From Anaerolineae bacterium (lineage in GTDB: Bacteria; Chloroflexota; Anaerolineae; UBA1429), in the NCBI GenBank assembly GCA_034436315.1, contig DAOTVR010000130.1, forward strand, positions 1 to 43,477: a DNA stretch of 43,477 nucleotides, given 5' to 3'. The position numbers and the translations under genes are program-made. Under the pieces are notes generated by a model that worked only from the letters and a program-made list of their open reading frames with translations, was not told where the DNA came from and did not search any database. Shown here piece after piece: positions 13,826 to 22,011 of this stretch (its first letter is position 1; each line of letters opens with the position of its first letter).

Positions 13826-15337
13826 TTGGAGATTCCCGATCGCGATCGAGCCCGGCTGCGGGCCAGGCTGGTGCGCGCCCTATCGGATATCGGCGCCTTC
13901 AGCCGCGAGGTGCTGCGGCGGCCGCTGCGCGGTTACCAGCTAGAGGTGGCGCGGGCCATCGTCGCCTCGGTCCTGGGGGGCCGGGGGCTGACCTTCGCGG
14001 TGATGATGGCCCGCCAGGCAGGCAAAAACGAGACCTCGGCCCAGGTGGAGGCCTTTTTGCTCAACTACTTTCGCCGCCGGGGCGGGTACCTCGTCAAGGC
14101 CGCGCCCACCTTCAAGCCGCAGGCAGCCAACAGCCTCCTACGGCTGAGGGCGGTGTTGGAGGGCAGCCTCCTCCCCCCGCCGAAGCACGAGGGGGGCTAT
14201 ATCCTGCGCGTGGGCCGGGCGCGGGCGCTTTTCCTCTCGGCCGGCCCCCAGGCCAACGTCGTGGGGGCCACGGCGAACATCCTCCTGGAGGCCGACGAGG
14301 CCCAGGATATAGACGAGGCCAAGTGGGAGAAGGACTTTCGCCCCATGGGGGCCTCCACCAACGTCACCACTGTCCTGTGGGGCACGGCCTGGACCTCGGC
14401 GACGCTCCTGGCGCGGGCCATCCGCGCCCTGCGCCAGGCCGAGGAGCGCGACGGCCTGCGGCGCGTCTTTATCGTCCCCTGGGAGGTCGTGGCCCAGGAG
14501 GTGCCGCCCTATGGGGAGTATATCCGAGGGGAGCTGGAGCGCCTGGGGCCGAACCACCCCTTCATCAAGACCCAGTACGACCTGGAGGAGATAGATGACC
14601 AGGGCGGGATGTTCCCCCCGGCCACGCGCGCGCTCATGGTCGGCACGCACCCGCGCCAACGCGCCCCCACCGAGGGGCGGGAATACGCCCTGCTGGTGGA
14701 CGTGGCCGGCGCATCCGAGGAGCACGCCGGCGGGGGCGTTCAAGCTCTTACCAACTTGGGCGTTCCATCGAACGCCCCTACTGAGCCGCGGCGGGATTCC
14801 ACGGCCCTGACCATCGTGGAGATCGTCCGCAACGAGCTGGGGTTGCCCCGCTTCCTGGTCGTGGATCGCTACGAGTGGACGGGCACGCCCCATCACCAAC
14901 TTTACGGGGCCATCGTGCACCTGGCCGAGCTGTGGGCCCCGACGCGGATCGTCGTGGATGCCACCGGCGTGGGCGCGGGGCTGGCCTCCTTCTTGCGCCA
15001 CGCCCTGGGGGAGCGCGTGCTACCCTTCACCTTCACCCTGGCGAGCAAGAGCGAGCTGGGCTGGGGCTTTTTGGGCATCTGCAACTCGGGGCGCTTCCTG
15101 GATCACCGCGACGACGGCTCGCCGGAGCGCGAGCGCTTCTGGCGCCAGGTGGCCGCCGCCGATTACGAGGTGCTGGCCGGGCCGGATCAGCGCATGCGCT
15201 GGGGCGTGCGCGACGCGGCGGTGCACGACGACCTGCTCATCTCCGCCGCCCTCTGCGCCCTATTGGATCACCGGGCGCCGGCCCCGTATAGCGGCTCGCA
15301 GATCATCGAGGCCGGCGATCCGTTGGCAAGTAGTTAG
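13826..15337 (+). CDS. Phage terminase large subunit-like protein (ATPase plus RNaseH-like nuclease)
   Basis: Has a Walker A-like motif (MMARQAGKNETS), a Walker B motif (ILLEADEAQDI) and a C-terminal VVDATGVGAGLASFL nuclease-type motif. The start is proposed at TTG 13826, after GGAGGTTTCC. The listed start at 13703 lies in repeat DNA. Confidence 0.7.
   Translation: MEIPDRDRARLRARLVRALSDIGAFSREVLRRPLRGYQLEVARAIVASVLGGRGLTFAVMMARQAGKNETSAQVEAFLLNYFRRRGGYLVKAAPTFKPQAANSLLRLRAVLEGSLLPPPKHEGGYILRVGRARALFLSAGPQANVVGATANILLEADEAQDIDEAKWEKDFRPMGASTNVTTVLWGTAWTSATLLARAIRALRQAEERDGLRRVFIVPWEVVAQEVPPYGEYIRGELERLGPNHPFIKTQYDLEEIDDQGGMFPPATRALMVGTHPRQRAPTEGREYALLVDVAGASEEHAGGGVQALTNLGVPSNAPTEPRRDSTALTIVEIVRNELGLPRFLVVDRYEWTGTPHHQLYGAIVHLAELWAPTRIVVDATGVGAGLASFLRHALGERVLPFTFTLASKSELGWGFLGICNSGRFLDHRDDGSPERERFWRQVAAADYEVLAGPDQRMRWGVRDAAVHDDLLISAALCALLDHRAPAPYSGSQIIEAGDPLASS
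14732..14781. repeat. Family-1 palindromic element copy, in frame inside the terminase gene
   Basis: GGGGGCGTTCAAGCTCTTACCAACTTGGGCGTTCCATCGAACGCCCCTAC encodes GGVQALTNLGVPSNAPT. Confidence 0.65.
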
Positions 15338-15425
15338 CCATCAGCTATCAGCTTTTAGCCACCAGCAGTTGTCCCTTGGGCAAAGAACTAGCCGTTGACT
15401 AATGGCTGACAACCGAAAGCTAAGG
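15335..15425. repeat. Heptamer-armed hairpin element (family 2)
   Basis: The left arm is TTAGC CATCAGC TATCAGC TTTTAGC CACCAGC. After the loop, the right arm is GTTGACT AATGGCT GACAACC GAAAGCT. It begins at the terminase stop codon. Confidence 0.7.
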
Positions 15426-16040
15426 ACGATGTTGACGGAAGAGGAGCTGATCGCCCTGTGGCAGGTGGCCCGGCGGGAGGTGTTGCGCCGTTGCGGGCAC
15501 ACCCTGGCCCGCCTGCGCGCCGGCGAGGGGGGCTTTTACGAGGCCGAGGATTTCTGGCAGGACCTCTTCTTGGCCTTCTGGAGGCTGCTCCGGAAATGGC
15601 AGGCCACCACGCCGGGGGATGAGCGCGCCCTCTGGGCCGCCTGGCGCAAGTTCCTCCACCGGGGAGGGGCGCAGATCCTGCGTCGCGCGCCGATGCGCCT
15701 CTGGGCGCGGCGCGAGCAGCCGCTGGCTCCCCAGCTCCTCGCCCTGGAGGACGACGCAGACGAGGCGGAACGGCCCCTGGACCCCATGGCCCAGGAGGCG
15801 CTCATCCAGGCGGAGGACGCCGAGGCAGAGTACCTGCGTCGGGCCTGCCTGGACGACCTGGAGGCGGCCCTTTGGGCGCTTCGCCCGGGGCAGCGGCAGG
15901 TGATCTTCATGGCCACCCTCGCCGAGTTGCCCGCCGCGGAGGTGGCCCGCCTCCTGGGGCTGAGCGACGGCAACGCCATCGCCCAGCGCCTGTACGTCGC
16001 CCGCGCGGCCTTGCGAAGGCTGTTTCGTGGTGACCAGTAG
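15402..16040 (+). CDS. Divergent sigma-70/ECF-like protein (region 4 HTH); a terminase small subunit-like role is also possible
   Basis: LRPGQRQVIFMATLAELPAAEVARLLGLSDGNAIAQRLYVARAALRRL is a sigma region-4-type HTH. The ATG at 15402 lies in the hairpin arm, and the ATG at 15429 is an alternative start. The TAG stop lies inside a family-1 repeat. Confidence 0.55.
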   Translation: MADNRKLRTMLTEEELIALWQVARREVLRRCGHTLARLRAGEGGFYEAEDFWQDLFLAFWRLLRKWQATTPGDERALWAAWRKFLHRGGAQILRRAPMRLWARREQPLAPQLLALEDDADEAERPLDPMAQEALIQAEDAEAEYLRRACLDDLEAALWALRPGQRQVIFMATLAELPAAEVARLLGLSDGNAIAQRLYVARAALRRLFRGDQ

Positions 16041-16094
16041 GGGCGTTCCATTGAACGCCCCTACCGCCTCGGGCGTTCAATGGAACGCCCCTAC
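16037..16094. repeat. Family-1 palindromic elements (two tandem copies)
   Basis: GTAGGGGCGTTCCATTGAACGCCCCTAC is followed by CGCCTCGGGCGTTCAATGGAACGCCCCTAC. Confidence 0.8.
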
Positions 16095-16231
16095 ACACAC
16101 ATTTGAGGGCGCGATGAACCTGGTTGAGCTGCGCGTGCTGGCCCTTTACGAGCGCCTCCGGCGGGAGAACCGCCTCCTATTGGGGTTGATGCGCGCCGGG
16201 TTGACGCTCGCCGAGGCGGAGGTCTGGCTGG

Positions 16232-16807
16232 CTAAGAGGGCCCAGGGAGAGGGCGAAAGGATGAACCGGCCTTCACCTTCTCGGCGGCCTGGAAGCCGGC
16301 ATCCAAAGCCTTGAGGTTGAGCTCCACCGTGCCCCGAGGGGCGCGCTCGGCGATGGCCTTCTCCAGGGCCTCGCGCGAGACGATCCCCGAGAGCCCGGCC
16401 AAAAGCCCCAAGCCCACCACGTTGGCGGTGATGCTGCGCCCGGTGGCCTCCTCGGCGATCTTGGTGATGGGCACCCTGATGGCCTTGCTCGTGGGCACGC
16501 GCTGGACGTGCACCGAGTCCACGATCAACAGGCCGTCCTTCTTGAGGTCATGATAATACTTATCGCAGGCCTCCTGGCTCATGGCCAGGAGCACGTCGGC
16601 GGCGATCACCTTGGGATAGTCTATCTCCTCGGTAGAGATCACCACCTCCGATTTACTGGCCCCGCCGCGGGCCTCCGGGCCATAGGATTGCGTCTGGCAG
16701 GCGTTCTTGCCGTCGTACATCACCGCCGCCTCGGCCAGGATCAGCCCGGCCAGGATCAACCCCTGGCCCCCTTCGCCGGCCAGCCGGATCTCGTACCGTT
16801 CTGCCAT
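16232..16807 (-). CDS. 2-oxoacid:ferredoxin oxidoreductase, gamma subunit
   Basis: MAERYEIRLAGEGGQGLILAGLILAEAA..QSYGPEARGGASKSEV is a typical gamma-subunit sequence. The start follows AAGGAGGAGC. Confidence 0.88.
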   Translation of the reverse strand: MAERYEIRLAGEGGQGLILAGLILAEAAVMYDGKNACQTQSYGPEARGGASKSEVVISTEEIDYPKVIAADVLLAMSQEACDKYYHDLKKDGLLIVDSVHVQRVPTSKAIRVPITKIAEEATGRSITANVVGLGLLAGLSGIVSREALEKAIAERAPRGTVELNLKALDAGFQAAEKVKAGSSFRPLPGPS

Positions 16808-16865
16808 GCTCCTCCTTCGGTTTCGCTCAAGCCATTCATCGCGGCAAGGTGCCGCGCCCATTCCC

Positions 16866-17720
16866 TCACCCGCCAGGGGCGGATTGAAGGCCCGCCTCCA
16901 CCTGGGCGCGGGCGATGATCTTCTCGTACTCGGCGGTGTATTCGGGGAGCTCGCGATCCACCAGGATGCCGCGCACGATCTTGCTCCGGAGCTCCTCCTC
17001 GCTCATCTGGGCCGCGGCCTCCAGGGTGACCGAGTTCTCCTTGAGGGCCCGCATCATCTCCACCGCCGAGCCGACGCGGTTCATCCGCCCATAGGTCGTA
17101 TGGCAATAGCTGACAGCCTCAATGAGCGCAAAGCCCTTCTTGCGCATCCCCAGCTCGATGAACCGATCCAGCTCGCGGGCGTGGAACACCGTGCTGCGGG
17201 CCACAAAGGGCGCGCCCGCTGCCGCGGCCAGCTCGCAGGGCGAGAAGGGCTGCTCGATGTGGCCGAAGGGCGCGGTGGCGGCGATCGCGCCGGGGGGCGT
17301 CGCCGGAGAATACTGGCCGCCGGTCATGCCGTAGATGTAGTTGTTGATGACGATGGCCGTGAGGTCGATGTTGCGCCGCGCCGCGTGGATGAAATGGTTG
17401 CCGCCGATGGCCAGGGCGTCGCCATCGCCCATGACCACCAGGACGTGCATCTTGGGGCGGGCCAGCTTCAAGCCGGTGGCAAAGGCCAGGGCGCGCCCGT
17501 GGGTGGTGTGCATGGTGTTGAAATCCACGTAAACGGACATCCGCCCGCTACAGCCGATGCCCGAGATCATGGCCACGTCGTCCTTATCCAGCCCCATGCG
17601 GTCCACGGCGCGGATGATCGCCGCCAGGACGATGCCGATGCCACACCCCGCGCACCAGATGCCGGGGAACTTTTTCTTGTGGCGCAGATAGGCGTAAATC
17701 TCGTGTTCTTCTCGGCCCAT
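16866..17720 (-). CDS. 2-oxoacid:ferredoxin oxidoreductase, beta (TPP-binding) subunit
   Basis: Contains WCAGCGIG, the GDGD..IGGNH TPP motif and NNxIYGMTGGQ. Confidence 0.9.
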   Translation of the reverse strand: MGREEHEIYAYLRHKKKFPGIWCAGCGIGIVLAAIIRAVDRMGLDKDDVAMISGIGCSGRMSVYVDFNTMHTTHGRALAFATGLKLARPKMHVLVVMGDGDALAIGGNHFIHAARRNIDLTAIVINNYIYGMTGGQYSPATPPGAIAATAPFGHIEQPFSPCELAAAAGAPFVARSTVFHARELDRFIELGMRKKGFALIEAVSYCHTTYGRMNRVGSAVEMMRALKENSVTLEAAAQMSEEELRSKIVRGILVDRELPEYTAEYEKIIARAQVEAGLQSAPGG

Positions 17721-17722
17721 AG

Positions 17723-18844
17723 CTAGCCCTCTCCGATGGCCTCCAGGATTTGCCGGGGGGTGACCAGCTCGCCATCCACGCGGTTGACCCGCGTCACCTT
17801 GCGCCGCCCCACCGCCCGCTCCACCTCCAGAGCCAATTGGCCCAGGTTCATCTCGGGCACGACCACCCGCCGCGCGCCCCCGGCCAGGTGTTCGATCAGG
17901 GCCTCGTCGAAGGGCCAGATCGTCTGCAGCACCACGAGGCCCACCTTATAGCGCCTGGCCCGCGCCAACTTGACGGCGTGCGCCGCCGAGCGCGCCGTCG
18001 CCCCGTAGGCGATGACCACCGTGCGCGCCTCTTCCACGCCGTCGGCCCTGTAGAGGACGATCTGCTCCAGGTTGCGCTCTATCTTGGCGAAAACCCGCCG
18101 CCACCAGGGGTTGATCTCGTCCTGGCGCTCGGTGGGGTAGCCGGCCCGGTCGTGTAATAGCCCGGTGATGTGGTAGCGGAACCCCTCGCCGAAGCTGACC
18201 AGCGGGGGCACGTCGCTGAAGGTCTCGTCGTAGGGGAAATACCATTCCGGGGGCACGTCGGTGCGCATGCGGTCCACGATCTCCACCATCGTATCGGGGC
18301 GCACCTCAAACGGCTCGCGCATGTGGGCGATCACTTCATCCATGAGCAGGATAACCGGCGTGCGGTACTTTTCGGAGAAGTTGAACGCCTCCACGGTGAG
18401 GTAAAAGGCCTCCGGCACCGAGGAGGGACACAGGGCGATGATGGGATGGTCGCCATGCGTGCCCCAGCGGGCCTGCATCACATCCCCCTGAGAGGGCGCC
18501 GTGGGCAAGCCCGTAGAGGGCCCCAGGCGCTGCACGTCCACGATGACGCAGGGGATCTCGGCCGCCGCCGCATAGCCCAGGTTCTCCTGCATGAGCGAGA
18601 ACCCCGGGCCGCTGGTGGCGGTCATCGCCTTTAGCCCGCCCACCGAGGCCCCGATCACGGCGGCGAGGGAGGCGATCTCGTCCTCCATCTGGATGAACTT
18701 GCCCCCCACCTTGGGCAGCTCGCGGGCCAGGATCTCGGCGATCTCGGTGGAGGGGGTGATGGGATATCCGGCGAAAAAGCGACAGCCCGCGACCAGCGCG
18801 CCCTCAGCGCAAGCCGCGTTGCCTTGCATCAGTCTGACGGTCAC
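17723..18844 (-). CDS. 2-oxoacid:ferredoxin oxidoreductase, alpha subunit
   Basis: LMQGNAACAEGALVAGCRFFAGYPITPSTEI is a typical N-terminus. The GTG start overlaps the delta-subunit stop (GTGA). Confidence 0.9.
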   Translation of the reverse strand: MTVRLMQGNAACAEGALVAGCRFFAGYPITPSTEIAEILARELPKVGGKFIQMEDEIASLAAVIGASVGGLKAMTATSGPGFSLMQENLGYAAAAEIPCVIVDVQRLGPSTGLPTAPSQGDVMQARWGTHGDHPIIALCPSSVPEAFYLTVEAFNFSEKYRTPVILLMDEVIAHMREPFEVRPDTMVEIVDRMRTDVPPEWYFPYDETFSDVPPLVSFGEGFRYHITGLLHDRAGYPTERQDEINPWWRRVFAKIERNLEQIVLYRADGVEEARTVVIAYGATARSAAHAVKLARARRYKVGLVVLQTIWPFDEALIEHLAGGARRVVVPEMNLGQLALEVERAVGRRKVTRVNRVDGELVTPRQILEAIGEG

Positions 18845-19134
18845 TTGGTCCCCCCATCCTCCGCGCTCGGGATCTCCTCAACGATGATGGCGAAATCGGG
18901 GCAGTGTATCGTGCACCACTGACAGGCCACACAGCGCTCCGGATGGGCGACAACCGGGTGGTGCTCCTCGTCTTCCGCAAAGACCTGCTGTGGACAGAAG
19001 GCGATGCATAAGCCACAGCCCTTGCACCAATTGCGAAAGACCCGCACGCGCCCCCGTTTCCGCATGCGGACCCTGGCCGGCTCTTCCTCAACTGCCACAG
19101 CCCCCTCTAAGGCGGGATCCTCTTTGACCGACAC
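18841..19134 (-). CDS. 2-oxoacid:ferredoxin oxidoreductase, delta subunit (2x[4Fe-4S] ferredoxin)
   Basis: Contains CKGCGLCIAFCP and CVACQWCTIHCP. The GTG start follows GAGGAGG. Confidence 0.85.
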   Translation of the reverse strand: MSVKEDPALEGAVAVEEEPARVRMRKRGRVRVFRNWCKGCGLCIAFCPQQVFAEDEEHHPVVAHPERCVACQWCTIHCPDFAIIVEEIPSAEDGGTK

Positions 19135-19178
19135 GGCGCAGCCTCCTCGTTGCTCAGATCGGCATCGATCTCCACCCT

Positions 19179-19207
19179 ATCATAGCGCACCCCGCCGGTC
19201 CTGTCAA
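19179..19207 (-). promoter_or_regulatory. Consensus sigma70 promoter of the oxidoreductase operon
   Basis: The minus strand reads TTGACA-17nt-TATGAT. Confidence 0.6.
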
Positions 19208-19246
19208 CGGGCACAAGCCAATGCAAGCGCGCCGCGCCCCGCAGCT

Positions 19247-19276
19247 TTGACGTCCCCTCTTGGCGCGTGTTATAAT
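19247..19276 (+). promoter_or_regulatory. Consensus sigma70 promoter of the DUF3830 gene
   Basis: TTGACG-18nt-TATAAT. Confidence 0.6.
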
Positions 19277-19311
19277 CTGGGCGCTTACCCTTTAGCCAGA
19301 AAGGAGAGCCT

Positions 19312-19686
19312 ATGCGCAAGATCCGCATCACCGCCGGCGCTGTGACGGCCACAGCCACCCTGAACGACTCTCAGACGGCCCAGGCCATCTGGGAGGCCCT
19401 GCCCATCACCGCGCGGGCCAACACCTGGGGCGAGGAGATCTATTTCGGCATCCCCGTTTACCTGAAGGAGGAGAACCCCCAAGAGGTGGTGGCGCTGGGG
19501 GACCTCGGTTATTGGCCGCCGGGGCACGCCTTCTGCATCTTTTTCGGGCGCACGCCCGTCAGCCGGGGTAACGAGATCCGCCCGGCCAGTCCCGTGAACG
19601 TTCTGGGCAAAGTGGAGGGCGACCCCAAAGTCTTTGCCCAGGTGCGCGACGGGGAAAAGGTCGTGTTGGAAAAGATCAGCGAGTAA
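19312..19686 (+). CDS. Cyclophilin-like fold protein (DUF3830 family)
   Basis: MRKIRITAG..ATLNDSQTAQAIWEALPI..ANTWGEEIYF..GDLGYWPPGHAFCIFFG matches my recollection of the family. Confidence 0.75.
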   Translation: MRKIRITAGAVTATATLNDSQTAQAIWEALPITARANTWGEEIYFGIPVYLKEENPQEVVALGDLGYWPPGHAFCIFFGRTPVSRGNEIRPASPVNVLGKVEGDPKVFAQVRDGEKVVLEKISE

Positions 19687-19689
19687 GAA

Positions 19690-19752
19690 GTTATCAGTGA
19701 TCAGCAATCTGTAGTCAGACTGACCACTGATTGCTGAGAACTGATTACTGAC
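19690..19752. repeat. Heptamer-armed hairpin element (family 2 variant, almost no loop)
   Basis: GTTATCAG TGATCAG CAATCTG TAGTCAG pairs with ACTGACC ACTGATT GCTGAGA ACTGATT ACTGAC. The centre is GTCAG-A-CTGAC. Confidence 0.7.
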
Positions 19753-19773
19753 ACCTGAGAGGGGAGATACGCC

Positions 19774-20550
19774 ATGGCCTTTGAACGAGAGAGGGAGATC
19801 CTGTTGCGTGCTGAGCGCGAGCGCGTGCCCATCGGCCCGCTCTCCGACCTGGTGCCCGGCGGGCTATCCCTGGAGGACGCCCACGCGATCTGTGAGGCCA
19901 ATATCCAGAGCCGCCTGGACGCCGGCGAGAAACTGGCCGGCTTCAAGGTGGGCTTTACCAACATCGCCGTGCGCCAGCGGATGGGCCTGCCCGATTCCAC
20001 GTACGGCTACCTACTGGATACGATGATCCTGGGGAACGACGCCCGCGTGCCGATGAACGAGCTGATCGCGCCCAAGATAGAATGCGAGATCTGCTTCCAG
20101 CTCGGCGCGGACCTGGAGGGCAAGGGGTTGACCATCGCCGACGTCCTGGCCGCCACGCAAGGGGTGTGCGCCTCGTTCGAGATATGCGACGCGCGCATCA
20201 AGGATTGGAAGTGCCCCTACCCCGACTTTTTCGCCGATAACGGCTTCTCGGCCCGCGTGGTCCTCTCGGGGAAGTGGTTCCCGGTCAGCCAGGTGGACCT
20301 GCTCGGCGAGACGGTGGTCTTGACCCAAGATGGCCAAAAAATCGCCGAGGGCAAGGGGGAGATGGCCCTAGGCCACCCGGCCAACGCCGTGGCCTGGTTG
20401 GCCGGCAAGCTGGCCGAGCGCGGCAAGGGGTTAAAGGCGGGGCAGATCGTCATGACGGGCACGCTCACCCCCATCACCCCCATCGCCAAAGGCTCCACCT
20501 ACGTGGCCCGCTTCTCTACCCTCGGCGAGGTGCGGGCGACGTTCGTCTAG
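19774..20550 (+). CDS. 2-keto-4-pentenoate hydratase / 2-oxohepta-3-ene-1,7-dioate hydratase family protein
   Basis: Contains GFKVGFTNIAVRQRMGL, IECEICF and a GTLT tail. Length is typical of the MhpD/HpcG family. Confidence 0.75.
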   Translation: MAFEREREILLRAERERVPIGPLSDLVPGGLSLEDAHAICEANIQSRLDAGEKLAGFKVGFTNIAVRQRMGLPDSTYGYLLDTMILGNDARVPMNELIAPKIECEICFQLGADLEGKGLTIADVLAATQGVCASFEICDARIKDWKCPYPDFFADNGFSARVVLSGKWFPVSQVDLLGETVVLTQDGQKIAEGKGEMALGHPANAVAWLAGKLAERGKGLKAGQIVMTGTLTPITPIAKGSTYVARFSTLGEVRATFV

Positions 20551-20566
20551 AAACGGAAAGGGAAAG

Positions 20567-20594
20567 CGCGGGGGAAAGGGGTCTTTCCCCCGCG
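20567..20594. terminator. Hairpin between convergent genes (bidirectional terminator candidate)
   Basis: CGCGGGGGAAAG-GGGT-CTTTCCCCCGCG is a perfect 12-bp stem. Confidence 0.55.
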
Positions 20595-20621
20595 CGGAGA
20601 GGACTTCTTTATCGGGCAAGC

Positions 20622-21023
20622 TCATGCGTCCTTGGCCAGGTCGTGGAGCGTGGTGCTCTCTAACGCGCTCAGCAACTGCTCCTGGGCCTTGGCCAGGACG
20701 GGGTAAACCGGGCAGGTATCCAGGTACGCACACCCTTCCTGCGTCAGGCAGCGACCCAAGGCGATGGGGCCTTCAATGGCCTCTATGACCTCGCGCAGGG
20801 TGATCTGCTCGGCCGGGCGGGCCAGGGAAAAGCCCCCCTTGGCCCCGCGATGGGAGAGCACGATCCCCTTCTTGGCCAGGCTCTGAAAGATCTTGGCCAA
20901 GTAGCTTTCGGGCAGGCCCTCGGCGGCGGCGAGGTCGCTCACCAATACCACCGTGTTGGGCGGCATCTTGGCCAGGCGAACGATGCCCCTCGCGCCGTAA
21001 TCGGCCCCGCGCGTCAGCCGCAT
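20622..21023 (-). CDS. Rrf2-family transcriptional regulator (three-Cys cluster, IscR/NsrR-like)
   Basis: MRLTRGADYGARGIVRLA..LPESYLAKIFQSLAKKGIVLSHRGAKGGFSLAR is followed by C-x6-C-x5-C. Confidence 0.9.
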   Translation of the reverse strand: MRLTRGADYGARGIVRLAKMPPNTVVLVSDLAAAEGLPESYLAKIFQSLAKKGIVLSHRGAKGGFSLARPAEQITLREVIEAIEGPIALGRCLTQEGCAYLDTCPVYPVLAKAQEQLLSALESTTLHDLAKDA

Positions 21024-21061
21024 GGCGGATTCCTCCTAAAACCAAGGGCTTATGCCCACGA

Positions 21062-21090
21062 ATTGTAGCACAGAGTGCGCCCGCTGACAA
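21062..21090 (-). promoter_or_regulatory. Sigma70-type promoter of the Rrf2 gene
   Basis: The minus strand reads TTGTCA-17nt-TACAAT. Confidence 0.55.
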
Positions 21091-21117
21091 GACAAATCGC
21101 ACTCCCTTTGTCCGAGT

Positions 21118-21990
21118 TCAGACCTCAATCCCCAAGAAGGTGCGCAGGAGGAAACCGACCAGGAAGCTGAACGCGGCCACGCTCAGGCTCAGGCCGGCCA
21201 TCTCCAAAAAGCGCCTGCGGAACGGCTCATCCCGGGCGACGGAGAGGTAATAAGTGAACAGGGCGATGATCAGGATCGCCGCCGCCAAGGTGCAGCCCAA
21301 ACAGAGGTAATAGTTCGTCAAGAGCAGATAGGGCAGGATGAGCAGGAAGACGGTGAGGAGGTAGGCCGCGGTGGTGTAGAGCGCGGCCCTCAGCGGATCC
21401 TTGGCCGTCTTCTCCGCCTTCGTAGAGAGGTACTCCGAGGCCCCCATGGAGAAAGAGGCGGCGATGCCGGTGATGGAGCCGGTCAGGGCGATCAAGCGGG
21501 TATCCTGTAAGGCCAGGGTCAGCCCCGCCAGGGCGCCGGTCAGCTCCACCAGGGCATCGTTGAGGCCCAAGACCATGGAGCCGGTGTAACGCAGCCTCTC
21601 CTCGTCCAAGAGTTGGAGCAGGGCCGCCTCATGTTGATCCTCGCTGGACATGATGGCCTCGGCCTCCGGGAGCGCCTCGCGCAGGCACGCGTAGCTATCC
21701 TGGGCGCCCTCCTCGCCCCGCTCCATCAACTTGAGGCCGAAGGTGAAGCCAAAGATCCGGCTGATCCAGCAATACGCCCAGACCCTAAAGCGATCGGGGG
21801 GCACGTCCTGCTGGGTGTAGCTTCGCCAGACACGATAGTGTTGCAGCTCGTCCTGGGCGATCCTCTCCAGCACGCCCCTGTTCTCAGGGGATTTGATCGT
21901 CCGGGCCAGCCGGCTGTAAATGTGATACTCGGTGATCTCGTTCTTCTGAAAGGTCAGCAGCTTACGGCGTAGGTCTTCGCGGAGATCCAT
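21118..21990 (-). CDS. VIT1/CCC1-family Fe/Mn transporter with an N-terminal ferritin-like domain
   Basis: The ferritin-like N-terminus reads EITEYHIYSRLA..ELQHYRVW. The C-terminal TM region reads GLNDALVELTGALAGLT..GASEYLS. Confidence 0.8.
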   Translation of the reverse strand: MDLREDLRRKLLTFQKNEITEYHIYSRLARTIKSPENRGVLERIAQDELQHYRVWRSYTQQDVPPDRFRVWAYCWISRIFGFTFGLKLMERGEEGAQDSYACLREALPEAEAIMSSEDQHEAALLQLLDEERLRYTGSMVLGLNDALVELTGALAGLTLALQDTRLIALTGSITGIAASFSMGASEYLSTKAEKTAKDPLRAALYTTAAYLLTVFLLILPYLLLTNYYLCLGCTLAAAILIIALFTYYLSVARDEPFRRRFLEMAGLSLSVAAFSFLVGFLLRTFLGIEV

Positions 21991-22011
21991 CCTCCCCTCC
22001 CCGATTGTGTT

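Noticed and set aside
16027-16314. Listed 95-aa ORF, or its internal ATG version 16115..16314 (MNLVELRVLALYERLRRENRLL..).
   Set aside because: The first part is translated repeat DNA. The last ~80 nt overlap the convergent gamma-subunit gene. There is no RBS or recognisable family. The 16115 version could be a small phage-module protein, but I cannot support it.
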